The notes under the pieces were generated by a model, which saw only the letters and a list, made by a program, of their open reading frames with translations, did not search any database and had not been told where the DNA came from. The position numbers were made by a program, and so were the translations under genes. This document shows, in pieces, positions 36,169-46,900 of a stretch of 64,000 bases of DNA. Positions within the stretch are counted from its first letter, which is position 1; every line of letters begins with the position of its first letter. Source of the stretch: Flavobacteriales bacterium (GTDB lineage: Bacteria > Bacteroidota > Bacteroidia > Flavobacteriales_F > PHOS-HE28); assembly GCA_016710015.1 (NCBI GenBank), contig JADJLR010000008.1, positions 6,891-70,890 on the forward strand, in the 5' to 3' direction.

Positions 36169-38406
36169 ATGAAATACTTCGCCGTACCAGCACTTCTGTG
36201 TGCCAGTCTGTTCACTCATGGTCAATGGGAATTGATGACCCCGATCAAGACGCGCAGCCAGTTCGATGCCCTAGCGATGGTGAGTGATGCACAGGGCTAT
36301 GCAGTGGATAAACCAATGGGCGCGATCCTGCGCACCTTCGATGGCGGTGTGCGTTGGGAGCGTATGGCGAACAACTTGAGTAACAGCCCCACGGCGATCT
36401 TCATGTGGGATGCGGACCGCGGGGTTGTTGTGGGTGAGGGTGGCGCGGTCTATCGCACCAACGATGGCTTCAACACGATCACCGGACAATCCAACCCGAC
36501 CTTCGGTGAACTCCGTTGTGTCCACTTTGTGAATGACACCTTGGGTTGGGCCGGATCGGTGACCGGCAAGATCATTCGCACCATCGATGGCGGTGTTACA
36601 TGGACCTTGATGCAGAGCGGCCAGCCCACGAACAACTACATGACCGCGATCCAATTCGTGGATACGGAAACGGGCTACGCGAGCTGTGCCGGTAGTGAGA
36701 TGTTGAAGAGCGTGGACGGCGGTCTGACCTGGCAAGGGGTTGGGCCTTTCGATCAATTGGTACTGATACGGGATCTCTATTTCTACGACACTGAAGTGGG
36801 CGTGGCCGTGGGCAGCGTAGGCGAAGTGATCCGTACGACGGATGGTGGCGCCACGTGGGATTCGATCCCATCCAACACCACGTATACCATGCTGGACATG
36901 GACGTGCAGGGCGATGTGATCGTGGCCTGTGGTGCTTGGGGCCGAACGATCCGCAGTACGGATGCTGGCCTCACATGGACCGAGATCCAGATCGGTAGTA
37001 CGGATCATCAAAGCGTAGCTCTGTCCGCAAGTGGATCGGGGCTCCTGGGCACCAATGGACGTATCCATGGCACGAGCGACATGGGACAGACTTGGGCTCT
37101 TCGCCACGAGGGTACCTGGCACACGCGTCTGAACAAGGTGAGTTTCATGGATGCCGATACGGGAGTGGCCGTGGGCTGGCAAACGACCGGCGGCTTCGAG
37201 TCCGGACTATTGCGGACTACGGACGGTGGACGCAACTGGACAAAGGCCGGTGCCGGTGGCCTCGGCGTTCATCTGAATGCCGAAGGCGACGGTTGTCTTG
37301 GCGGCAGTAGCGGTGCCTTTGCGAAGACCATGGACGGTTTCCGAACGCGAACCAGCGTCAGTGGCCCCAGCGTAGCGATCCGTTGCACATGGACCATCGA
37401 CGCTAGCACCATGATCGTAGCAGGTGGTGCGGTCTTGGGTGGGATCTATCGAACTGCGAACGGGGGCACCAACTGGACCCGTGTGCTCGATGTTGGCAAT
37501 ATCACCATCAATGACCTGTGGTTCGTAGATGATCTGCAGGGTTATGCCGTAGGTGAGTACGGCGACAACTACCGCACCGGTGATGGCGGACTGACCTGGG
37601 ACCCCATGCCCCCGACCAGCGGCAGTCATACCGTGTTCTTTGCGGATCCACTGCACGGATGGACAAGGAATTTCCGCACTGTTGACGGCGGTGATTCGTG
37701 GACCTACATGGGCGGCACTGCACAGAATACGATGAGCATCTTCTTCACTGATCCGGATACAGGATATGCCGTGGCCTATTCCGGGCAAGTGGAGAAGAGT
37801 GTCGATGGCGGCATTACATGGGAGAACGTGCTACCGGAGATCCTCAATGCCAGCGTCGGCGACGCGACCATCGTGGATGGGCAGATCGTCATCGTTTGCA
37901 ACAACGGCGACATCTTTCGTGCGCGCGTTGGCTGCTCCAGTACCCCGTGGATACCGGAAGTTTCGGTGGACGACCTCACGCTCTGCACTCCCATAGATGG
38001 CATGGTGCAGTGGTACAGGAATGGTGTGCCCGTGGATGGCGGCACATCGGCCTGCATCGAGGCGCTGCAAGGCGGGATCTATACCGTGATCGTGACGGAT
38101 GAATTGGGATGCCCATCGGCCTCTTCGGAACCTGTACAAGTGCTGATCACGGGCGTTGGCGAAACAATGAAGGACGGATCGCTGAGGCTTTCACCCAATC
38201 CTGCGAACTCGCTTCTGTACATGGAACGCACAAGTGATCGACCGGCAACCGTTTCCTTCATCGATGTGCAGGGTCGTGTCGTGAAGCAACAGCGAATCGC
38301 AGGAAACCGTTCGACATTCGATGTTTCCGAATTGCACAGTGGCGTGTATCTGCTTCGTGTCATCGACCTCGAAGGCATTTCAACCGCACGCATCGTGAAG
38401 CAATGA
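36169..38406 (+). CDS. Secreted BNR/Asp-box repeat (Ycf48/sortilin-like beta-propeller) protein with T9SS C-terminal sorting domain
   Basis: Signal peptide MKYFAVPALLCASLFTHG. At least 10 Asp-box motifs (DGGVTW, DGGLTW, DGGATW, DAGLTW, DMGQTW, DGGRNW, NGGTNW, DGGDSW, DGGITW). C-terminal LSPNPANSLLYM...VSFIDVQGRVV...LHSGVYLLRV matches the Por_Secre_tail pattern. Confidence 0.75.
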   Translation: MKYFAVPALLCASLFTHGQWELMTPIKTRSQFDALAMVSDAQGYAVDKPMGAILRTFDGGVRWERMANNLSNSPTAIFMWDADRGVVVGEGGAVYRTNDGFNTITGQSNPTFGELRCVHFVNDTLGWAGSVTGKIIRTIDGGVTWTLMQSGQPTNNYMTAIQFVDTETGYASCAGSEMLKSVDGGLTWQGVGPFDQLVLIRDLYFYDTEVGVAVGSVGEVIRTTDGGATWDSIPSNTTYTMLDMDVQGDVIVACGAWGRTIRSTDAGLTWTEIQIGSTDHQSVALSASGSGLLGTNGRIHGTSDMGQTWALRHEGTWHTRLNKVSFMDADTGVAVGWQTTGGFESGLLRTTDGGRNWTKAGAGGLGVHLNAEGDGCLGGSSGAFAKTMDGFRTRTSVSGPSVAIRCTWTIDASTMIVAGGAVLGGIYRTANGGTNWTRVLDVGNITINDLWFVDDLQGYAVGEYGDNYRTGDGGLTWDPMPPTSGSHTVFFADPLHGWTRNFRTVDGGDSWTYMGGTAQNTMSIFFTDPDTGYAVAYSGQVEKSVDGGITWENVLPEILNASVGDATIVDGQIVIVCNNGDIFRARVGCSSTPWIPEVSVDDLTLCTPIDGMVQWYRNGVPVDGGTSACIEALQGGIYTVIVTDELGCPSASSEPVQVLITGVGETMKDGSLRLSPNPANSLLYMERTSDRPATVSFIDVQGRVVKQQRIAGNRSTFDVSELHSGVYLLRVIDLEGISTARIVKQ

Positions 38407-38409
38407 TCC

Positions 38410-38955
38410 ATGGCTGAACTGACCACCTACCTCTTGCTCTTCCGTGGTGTGGGCGGTCCTGTACAACTGCCCGTTGCCCAGCTGCGTGAAGCGCTCACAA
38501 AGGCGGGATCCAAGAATGCCACCACCTACATCAACAGTGGCAATGCGTTGGTTCGTAGCTCACTCTCGCGTGAAGAAACGCTCGCCAAGGTGGTTGCGAT
38601 CTGCCGGAAGAAATTCAACTACGACCGGCCAATCTTCGCACTCACTTCAGCGGAATGGGAAGCCGTGATCAAGAACGATCCGTTCCCGAACAAGGCAGAA
38701 GGAAAGCATGTGCATGCCGTGCTCCTGGCCGAAACGCCGACACCCGATGCCATCAAGAAGATCAGGGCTTTGGCCGTAGGCGGTGAAGACCTGAAGCTGG
38801 TGAAGGGCGTGTGCTACATCCACACACCGAACGGTTTTGGCACCAGCAAGATGGCGGAGAAGTTCGACAAGTGGATCGGTGTGGTGAACACCGCCCGGAA
38901 CTGGAACACCGTGCTGAAGTTGCATGAGCTGGCGCAGGGGTTGGAGGGGAAGTAG
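38410..38955 (+). CDS. DUF1697 domain-containing protein
   Basis: YLLLFRGVGG...V.QLREAL...G..N..TYINSGN pattern typical of DUF1697. Confidence 0.75.
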   Translation: MAELTTYLLLFRGVGGPVQLPVAQLREALTKAGSKNATTYINSGNALVRSSLSREETLAKVVAICRKKFNYDRPIFALTSAEWEAVIKNDPFPNKAEGKHVHAVLLAETPTPDAIKKIRALAVGGEDLKLVKGVCYIHTPNGFGTSKMAEKFDKWIGVVNTARNWNTVLKLHELAQGLEGK

Positions 38956-38970
38956 CACGCATTGCAGATC

Positions 38971-38978
38971 TACCTTTG
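38971..38978 (+). promoter_or_regulatory. -7 box TACCTTTG upstream of mfd
   Basis: Exact TAnnTTTG 16 nt after the DUF1697 stop and 61 nt before ATG 39040. Confidence 0.35.
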
Positions 38979-38997
38979 TGCCGTTCCCGAACCCGAT

Positions 38998-39032
38998 GCC
39001 CGAAATCCCCGGCACCGGGTTTCGGGCATTTT
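38998..39032 (+). terminator. GC-rich hairpin followed by ATTTT (terminator-like)
   Basis: GCCCGAAA(38998-39005) pairs with TTTCGGGC(39020-39027). An inner CCC/GGG extension follows, then ATTTT. It sits between the DUF1697 gene and mfd. Confidence 0.5.
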
Positions 39033-39039
39033 GGGTTCC

Positions 39040-42000
39040 ATGAGTTTGACATCCCTCCCCGACCTCCTCTCCATTTATTGCAACGATGCCCGCGTTGCAC
39101 GCATCGCTGAAGGATTACTGCCTCCGAACGCACGCGTGCAAGTCTCTGGTACCGTCGGCTCCTCGCAAGCATTGATCGCGGCATCGGTCATCGACCGTAC
39201 CAAAGGCGTGCACGTGTTCGTGCTCACCGACAAAGAAGAAGCGGCGTACTTCATCAATGACCTGGAAGCGCTGCGCGGCAAGGACAAGGACCTTCGCAAT
39301 GCCAAGAAGGATGAAGATCTGCTCTTCTACCCGGCCCCTTCGCGTTCACCGTACGACCCGGATGGTCACCACGATGGTGAACGCGTGAGTCGCACCGAGA
39401 TACTGGAGGTACTGATGAACCCCGCTTCAGGGAGCGGCACTTCCCCTTTGGTGATCGTCACCTACCCGGATGCATTGGTACCACTCGTTGTGGGCCAGGA
39501 GACGATGCAGAAGAATACGTTGACGATCAAGCGGAACGAGGAATTGCCTCTCGACACGTTGGAAGAGTGGTTGCATGAAATGGAGTTCACCCGCGCGGAG
39601 TTCGTGTACGAGCCCGGCCAATTCAGTATCCGAGGCGGGATCGTGGATGTGTTCAGCTACGGCAGTGATCAACCGTATCGCATCGAACTATACGGTGATT
39701 CCGTGGAGAGCGTCCGCCGCTTCGATCCGCAGGACCAACTGACCATCGAGCGATTGGCCGAGGCTGTGATCGTGCCTGATCTTCAAGACGAGGACAGCGC
39801 ACGACAGCAGCTCTTCTTTCAGCAGCTACCGGAGAACACAACGATCTGGATGCGTGACATACAGGCGATCGGCGATGCCGCGAATAAGCAGTTGAAGTTG
39901 CTTTCCGAGGTATACGAAAGGTTGCCGGAGAAGGAGAAGCACGCCACACCGAGTGAATTGCTTGCGACGGACAGTGCGTTGATCAAATGGACGCTTGGGT
40001 TCCGGAAGGTCTTTTGGAAGAGTACCATCGTACCCGAGGCCGCGAAGCAGCACGCGGATGTCACTGTTGATTTCCAGCAACGCCCCCAACCGACGTTCGC
40101 GAAGGAATTCAAGGTCCTGAGCGGCGACCTGCACAACAAGCAGAATGCAGGTTATACCAATTTGATCGCGTGCAGCAACACCAAGCAGAGCGAACGACTC
40201 TACACGATCTTCAATGACATGGAGCATGAGGTGGCCTTCACGCCTCTGGTGCTTGATCTGCACGAAGGCTTCATTGATCCCGAGCAGAAGCTGGTGCTGT
40301 ACACCGACCACCAGATCTTCGAACGGTACCATCGTTTCCGGCTGAAGGAAGGTTTCCGCAAGAACTCGCAGGCACTCACGCTGAAGGAACTGACGCAATT
40401 GAAACCGGGTGATCTCGTCGTCCACATCGACCACGGAGTAGGCGTGTTCAGTGGTCTGGAGAAGATCGATGCCGGTGGTTCCATCCAGGAAGCGATCCGT
40501 TTGATCTACCGCGACAACGACATCCTCTACGTGGGCATTCACAGCCTGCACCGCGTGAGCAAATTCAGTGGTGAGGAAAGTGGTACTGCACCGAAAGTGA
40601 GCAAGCTCGGCAGTCCGGCGTGGAAGAACCTGAAGGAGAAGACAAAGGCGAAGGTGAAGGCACTGGCCTTCGACTTGATCAAGCTCTACGCACAACGAAA
40701 GAGCAAGCCGGGCTTCGCGTTCCAACCGGACAACTACCTGCAGCACGAACTCGAAGCGAGCTTCATTTACGAGGACACCCCCGACCAGGAAAAGGCCACG
40801 ATCGATGTGAAGCGTGATATGGAGAAGGCCACGCCGATGGATCGTCTCGTGTGTGGCGATGTCGGTTTCGGAAAGACGGAGATCGCGATCCGTGCGGCGT
40901 TCAAAGCGGTGTGCGATAGCAAACAAGTCGCCGTTCTCGTACCGACCACGATCCTAGCGCTGCAACATTGGAAAACCTTCTCCGCCCGAATGAAAGGACT
41001 GCCCGTTCGCGTGGATTACATCAATCGATTCCGCAGCAGCGCCGAACAAAAGCAGATCCTCATTGACCTGAAGGAAGGGAAGATCGACATCCTCATCGGC
41101 ACGCACCGGCTGGTGAGCAAGGACGTGAAGTATAAGGACCTCGGCCTGCTGATCATCGATGAAGAGCAGAAGTTCGGAGTGAACGTGAAGGACAAGTTGA
41201 AGACCATTCGTGCCAGTATCGATACGCTTACGCTCACCGCCACACCGATCCCACGTACACTACAGTTCAGCCTGATGGGCGCACGCGATCTCAGCATCAT
41301 CAGCACGCCACCGCCGAACCGCTACCCGGTTTCGACGATGCTGCAACCGTATGATGAAGTGACGATCCGTGGTGCGATCGAATACGAGCTTTCACGTGGT
41401 GGCCAAGTGTACTTCATCCATGACAAGGTGAAGAACATCTCCTTCATGGCAGACATGATCCGCAAGCTGGTACCGGGCGCTAGAGTTGGTGTTGGCCACG
41501 GGCAGTTGGAAGGACACAAGTTGGAGGAAGTGATGCTCGACTTCATCGAGGGCAACACCGATGTGCTCGTTTGTACCACCATCGTCGAGAACGGTCTGGA
41601 CATCCCGAACGCGAACACGATCATCGTGAACGAGGCGCAGAACTTCGGTCTCAGTGATCTGCACCAACTGCGCGGTCGTGTGGGTCGAAGCAACAAGAAA
41701 GCGTACTGCTATTTGCTTGCACCAAGTCCGCACTTGCTGCCCGATCTTTCACGCAAACGCTTGCAAGCGATCGAACAATTCAGCGACCTCGGCAGCGGCA
41801 TCCACATCGCCATGAAGGACCTCGACATCCGTGGCGCGGGTGATCTTTTGGGTGCGGAACAGAGCGGCTTCATCAACGACATCGGCTTCGAGACCTACCA
41901 TAAGATCCTGGAAGAAGCCGTGCGCGAATTGAAGAACGAACACTTCAAGGAACTCTTCGAAGACCGGCAACTAGCACGTGGCGGCACCCGTGACCAGAGC

Positions 42001-42459
42001 GACGACTGCATCATCGAGACGGACCTTACCATGCTGATCCCCAACAGCTACGTGAGCGAAACCGCTGAACGCCTCGCGCTCTACCGCAAGCTCGACGACA
42101 TCAAGGACGAAACGGAACTCGACAAGTTCACCACGGAAGTCACCGATCGTTTCGGCCCGATCCCCGAACAGGTGCTGGAACTCATGGAAGCGATCCGTTT
42201 GCGCTGGTTAGGCCAACAAATGGGGCTGGAGAAGATGGTACTGAAGAAAGGCGTGCTGATCGGCACCTTCATCGCGGACCAGAAGCATCCGTTCTTCGCG
42301 GGCGATACGTTCCACTCCGTGTTGCGCGCAGTACAAGCACAACCGCGCCGGTTCAAGGTATACGAGAAGGCCGGGACCTTGCGCATCACCGTACAGGACG
42401 TGAAGAATGTGCAGGTGGCGAAGGCGGCGCTAGAGAGTGTGGTCAGCGTTGAGGTTTGA
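39040..42459 (+). CDS. mfd: Transcription-repair coupling factor
   Basis: UvrB-homology N-region, RNAP-interacting domain, superfamily-2 helicase motifs (CGDVGFGKTE, DEEQKFG, LTATPIPRT, QLRGRVGRS), TRG motif and C-terminal D7. Start trimmed to MSLTSLPDL. Confidence 0.95.
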   Translation: MSLTSLPDLLSIYCNDARVARIAEGLLPPNARVQVSGTVGSSQALIAASVIDRTKGVHVFVLTDKEEAAYFINDLEALRGKDKDLRNAKKDEDLLFYPAPSRSPYDPDGHHDGERVSRTEILEVLMNPASGSGTSPLVIVTYPDALVPLVVGQETMQKNTLTIKRNEELPLDTLEEWLHEMEFTRAEFVYEPGQFSIRGGIVDVFSYGSDQPYRIELYGDSVESVRRFDPQDQLTIERLAEAVIVPDLQDEDSARQQLFFQQLPENTTIWMRDIQAIGDAANKQLKLLSEVYERLPEKEKHATPSELLATDSALIKWTLGFRKVFWKSTIVPEAAKQHADVTVDFQQRPQPTFAKEFKVLSGDLHNKQNAGYTNLIACSNTKQSERLYTIFNDMEHEVAFTPLVLDLHEGFIDPEQKLVLYTDHQIFERYHRFRLKEGFRKNSQALTLKELTQLKPGDLVVHIDHGVGVFSGLEKIDAGGSIQEAIRLIYRDNDILYVGIHSLHRVSKFSGEESGTAPKVSKLGSPAWKNLKEKTKAKVKALAFDLIKLYAQRKSKPGFAFQPDNYLQHELEASFIYEDTPDQEKATIDVKRDMEKATPMDRLVCGDVGFGKTEIAIRAAFKAVCDSKQVAVLVPTTILALQHWKTFSARMKGLPVRVDYINRFRSSAEQKQILIDLKEGKIDILIGTHRLVSKDVKYKDLGLLIIDEEQKFGVNVKDKLKTIRASIDTLTLTATPIPRTLQFSLMGARDLSIISTPPPNRYPVSTMLQPYDEVTIRGAIEYELSRGGQVYFIHDKVKNISFMADMIRKLVPGARVGVGHGQLEGHKLEEVMLDFIEGNTDVLVCTTIVENGLDIPNANTIIVNEAQNFGLSDLHQLRGRVGRSNKKAYCYLLAPSPHLLPDLSRKRLQAIEQFSDLGSGIHIAMKDLDIRGAGDLLGAEQSGFINDIGFETYHKILEEAVRELKNEHFKELFEDRQLARGGTRDQSDDCIIETDLTMLIPNSYVSETAERLALYRKLDDIKDETELDKFTTEVTDRFGPIPEQVLELMEAIRLRWLGQQMGLEKMVLKKGVLIGTFIADQKHPFFAGDTFHSVLRAVQAQPRRFKVYEKAGTLRITVQDVKNVQVAKAALESVVSVEV

Positions 42460-42462
42460 CCA

Positions 42463-43914
42463 CTACTTCCAACCGCCCCCTAGCGCTTGGTACACATCGA
42501 CCATTGCGTTCAGTTGCTGCTTGCGTGTTTCCACCAATTCGAAATTCGATTCCAGTGCATCGCGTTGTGTGAGCAGCACCTCCATGTAATCCGCACGTGC
42601 GGAGCGGAACAAGTTGGTCGATATCGTGATGGAACTGTTGAGCGCCGCGACCTGTTGCTCGCGCAGGTCAAAGCTGCTGCGCAGGTTGCGGAGGTTCGAG
42701 AGTTGGTTCACCACTTCCACGTAGGCGTTCAGCACGGTGCGCTCGTAGTCGTACACGGCTTGGATCTGGCGGGCGTTGGCATTGACATACATGGCCTTGA
42801 TGGCGTTCCGATTGATCAACGGTGCGATCAAGTCTCCAGCAGCGTTGTAGATCAGCGAGGCTGGTGTTTCTAACAGGAGGGTTGCATCGAAAGCGTTAAG
42901 GCCCACCCCACCCCGGAGTCCGATGGACGGATAGAAGTTGGCCTTGGCAGCCTTCACATCGAGTTTCGCAGCCTCCAACTCCAGTTCCGCCCGGCGGATA
43001 TCCGGACGATCGGTCAATAGCTGAGACGGTAGCCCGGCGTAGATGCTGTCCGGCACCAGTTTGGAAAAGCTTGGGGAGTTCCGGCTCACCGGTTGTGGAT
43101 AGCGGCCAACAAGGAAGTTGATCCGGTTCTCCGTTTCGGTGATCTGCTGTAGGATGTTGTACTGTAGGCTGCGGTTCTTCAACACTTCTGCTTCGAATCG
43201 CCGCACCGCAAGTTCGGTGACTTTCGCGGCCTGCTTCTCCAACTTCACGATCTGCAAAGCGTCCTGCTGTATCGCGATGTTGTTCCGCAGGATCTCCAAC
43301 TGATTGTCCAACGCCATCAACTCATAGTAGCTGTTGGCGATCTCCGCCACCAGATGGGTCACCATGAAATTCCTGCCCTCCACACTGCCCAAGTAGCGCA
43401 ACACGGCGGCCTTCTTGGCATTCCGCAGCTTCTTCCAGATGTCCAATTCCCAGGACATGCGCGCACCGATCATGAAGTTGGGTAACGGCTCCGGGAAGGC
43501 CTCGCCTTCTTTCACGTGCAATTGCTCTTCCACGGCACCGTTGCGGGTGAACTCGCCCACCTTCTCCACATCGGCCGCTGCACCGAAGTCCACGAAGGGC
43601 AGGTATTCGCCTTTGCGAGCGCGTGCCTCGTTCTGGGCGATGGTGATCTCCTGGAGTAGAATGTTCAGTTCCTGATTGTTCGCCAAGGCGCTGTCGATCA
43701 AGGTGCGCAGATCCACATCGCTGTAGAACTGTCGCCACTGCTTGGTGGCCACATCAGAGGTGTCGGTGGATCCCGCAGCGTACGCGGCTGGTGTGTTCTT
43801 CTGGGCCTCGCGTACTTTCAGCGCGGGTACGCAGGACGACAGCATCAGCACGGCTAAAAGACCTGCAATGGCCAAGGGGTTGATCATTCGGCATATAGGG
43901 GTCGCGGTGTTCAT
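42463..43914 (-). CDS. Efflux outer-membrane factor lipoprotein (TolC/NodT family)
   Basis: Lipobox MLSSC. Two repeated alpha/beta OEP halves ending YQALGGGW. ATGA overlap with the RND gene. Confidence 0.85.
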   Translation of the reverse strand: MNTATPICRMINPLAIAGLLAVLMLSSCVPALKVREAQKNTPAAYAAGSTDTSDVATKQWRQFYSDVDLRTLIDSALANNQELNILLQEITIAQNEARARKGEYLPFVDFGAAADVEKVGEFTRNGAVEEQLHVKEGEAFPEPLPNFMIGARMSWELDIWKKLRNAKKAAVLRYLGSVEGRNFMVTHLVAEIANSYYELMALDNQLEILRNNIAIQQDALQIVKLEKQAAKVTELAVRRFEAEVLKNRSLQYNILQQITETENRINFLVGRYPQPVSRNSPSFSKLVPDSIYAGLPSQLLTDRPDIRRAELELEAAKLDVKAAKANFYPSIGLRGGVGLNAFDATLLLETPASLIYNAAGDLIAPLINRNAIKAMYVNANARQIQAVYDYERTVLNAYVEVVNQLSNLRNLRSSFDLREQQVAALNSSITISTNLFRSARADYMEVLLTQRDALESNFELVETRKQQLNAMVDVYQALGGGWK

Positions 43915-46900
43915 TCGTCCTTCTTGCGTTTCAAAAGTTCTTTCATGCGCCCGGTCAGGAGACGAATGGTTTCCGTGTACCGCATTCCCTCCTCATCCCG
44001 TCTAACGAACTCCTCAGAAACCGGTTCATCCCGTTCATCCATGATCAGTTTGCGGCCCTTGGCCATGGTGGCGAATACGTAGTACAGGCCAGGGATCACC
44101 AACACGCCGATGAGCGTACCCACGAGCATGCCTCCCATGGCGGATGAACCGATGGTGCGGTTCCCGATCGCACCCGCGCCTGTAGCCACCACCAGCGGGA
44201 TCAGGCCTGCTATGAAAGCGAAAGAGGTCATCAAGATCGGGCGGAATCGCGCCTTCGCTCCTTCAATGGCCGCTTCGAATACGGTCGCACCGGCACGTTG
44301 CTTCTGCACCGCGAACTCCACGATCAAAACGGCATTCTTTCCCAGCAGACCAATGAGCATGATGATCCCGATCTGTGCGTACACATCGTTCGCCAATCCC
44401 ATGGCCTTCAACATCAGGAACGAACCGAGCACACCAACCGGCAACGAGAGGATGACCACCAACGGAAGCAGGAAGCTTTCGTACTGCGCGGCGAGCACGA
44501 GGTACACGAAAATGAGCACGACAAGGAAGATGTAGATGGCCTCGTTCCCGCGCCTGGCCTCATCGTATGACAATCCCTCCCAAGCGATATCGTATCCACG
44601 CGGCAGGTTCTCCTTGGCCACTTCCTTGATCGCGGTGATGGCATCCCCGCTCGTATATCCGTTGGCCGGTAGCCCGCGGATCGACGCTGAATTGTACATG
44701 TTGTAACGGGTGATCTCGTTCGGACCAAGGCTTTTCTCGAACCGCATGAAGGAGGAATACGGCACCATCTCCCCTTCCTCGTTCTTCACGAAGAGCGCCT
44801 CCAGATCGGAGGGATAGCGCCTGTACTCCGGTCCCGATTGCACATAGACCTTGAAGAATCGACCGAAACGGATGAAGCCCTGTTCGTAGGTACTGCCGAT
44901 GAGGATGTTCAGATTCTCCATGGCCTTGCCGATGGAAACCCCCTTCTGCATGGCCGCCTGATTGTCGATGAGGATCTCGTACTGCGGATAGTTGGCGGCA
45001 AAGAAGGTGAACAGGCCGGTCAGTTCCTTACGCTCGCCCAATGCGGCCATGAACTCCTTGTTCACCCGATCGAACTCGTGATAGTCCGTCCCGTTCGTCT
45101 TGTCCAACATGCGCAGCGAAAACCCTCCCGATGAGCCGAAGCCCGGCACCGCCGGTGGCTCGAAGTACTCGATCTGCGCTCCGATGTCCTTGGTCTTTTC
45201 TTCCAGTTCCTCCATCACCTCGTTCACGTCCTTGTGGCGGTCGTGCCAAGGCTTCAGATCGATCAAGCACGTACCTGCATTGGAGCCACGACCTTCGGTC
45301 ATGATCTCGTAGCCGGCCAAGGAGGAAACGGACTCCACCTCGGGGATCTCCTCACAGATCTGTTGCAGTTCATGCGCCACCTTGTTGGTGGTTTCCAGCG
45401 TGGATCCCGGCGGTGTCTGGATGATGGCGTAAATGGTTCCTTGGTCCTCACTCGGGATGAAGCCAGCAGGCAACACCCGGCCGGACAGGTAGATCCCGGC
45501 GCAGAACACGAGCAGCGCACCAAAGGTCAGTGTACGCCGAGCCACCACCCGGTCGAGGACCTTGACATAGCGACCGGTAATGCGCTCGAAGCCCTTGTTG
45601 AACCATGCGATGAAGCGATCCAGGAGATTCTGCTTCCCCACATGCTCTGCATCGTGCGGCTTCAACATCATGGCACACAATACCGGGGTAAGTGTGAGCG
45701 CGACCACAGCACTGATAATGATCCCTCCCGCCATGGTAATGGAGAACTGGCGATAGAACACACCAACCGGTCCGGTCATGAATGCGATCGGAATGAATAC
45801 CGAGACCATCATGAGCGTGATCGCGATGATGGCACCGCCGATCTCGCCCATCACCACTTTCACAGCGTTATACGGTGCCAAGTGATCGGATACCATCTTG
45901 GCGTGAACGGCCTCCACCACCACGATGGCATTGTCCACCACGATACCGATCGACAGCACCAATGCGAAAAGCGTGATCAGGTTGATGGACAAACCGAAGA
46001 GCTGCATGATGAAGAAGGTGCCGATCATGGACACCGGCACGGCGATGATCGGAATGAGCGTGGAACGCCAATCGCCGAGGAAGATGAATACCACGAGGGC
46101 CACCAGGATGAAGGCATCGCGCAGGGTGTGGATCACTTGCTCGGTGGAAGCATCCAGAAAGGTCGATACGTCGTAACTCACCTTATAGTCGATGCTCGGT
46201 GGCATCACCTCGGCGAGTTCCTGGAGCTTCTCCTTCACCTGTCCGATCACATCACTAGCGTTGCTGCCGAGCGACTGCTTCAGCACGATGGAAGCCGATG
46301 GCTTACCATCCAGATTGGAGTAAATGTCGAAGAACTCGCTGCCAAGCTCCACATCCGCAATGTCACGCATCCGGATCTGCTCGCCCTCTTCATTCGAGCG
46401 TACGATGATGTTGCGGTACTGCTCCGGCTCGCTGAACTGGCCTTGGTATACAAGCACATACTCGAACGCCTGCGCGTCCACTCCGGAGCTTTGGCCCAAG
46501 CGTCCGGGTCGCGCAATAAGACTCTGCTCTGCCAAGGCCTCCATCACCTCCTCGGCGGAGATCTTGTAGGCCCGCATGCGATCCGGTTTCAACCACACAC
46601 GCATCGCGTATTTGCGGCTACCGAGGATCTGCGCCTGCGCCACGCCGGGAATACGCTGGATCTCCGGGATCAACTGCGTGAACGCATAGTTGTATAGGAA
46701 CAACTCATCCGCATCCTTCCCGTCGCCATACAGGTTCACGTACATGAGCATGCTCGGCTGCACGGGTGTGATGATCACCCCTTCGCGCTGAACCAGCAAC
46801 GGCAGGTTGGGCATCACCTGATCCACACGCGTCTTCACGCGCACCACGGCCTCGTTCGGGTCGGTGCCCGGCTCGAAGATCACACGGATGGTGGCTTCCC

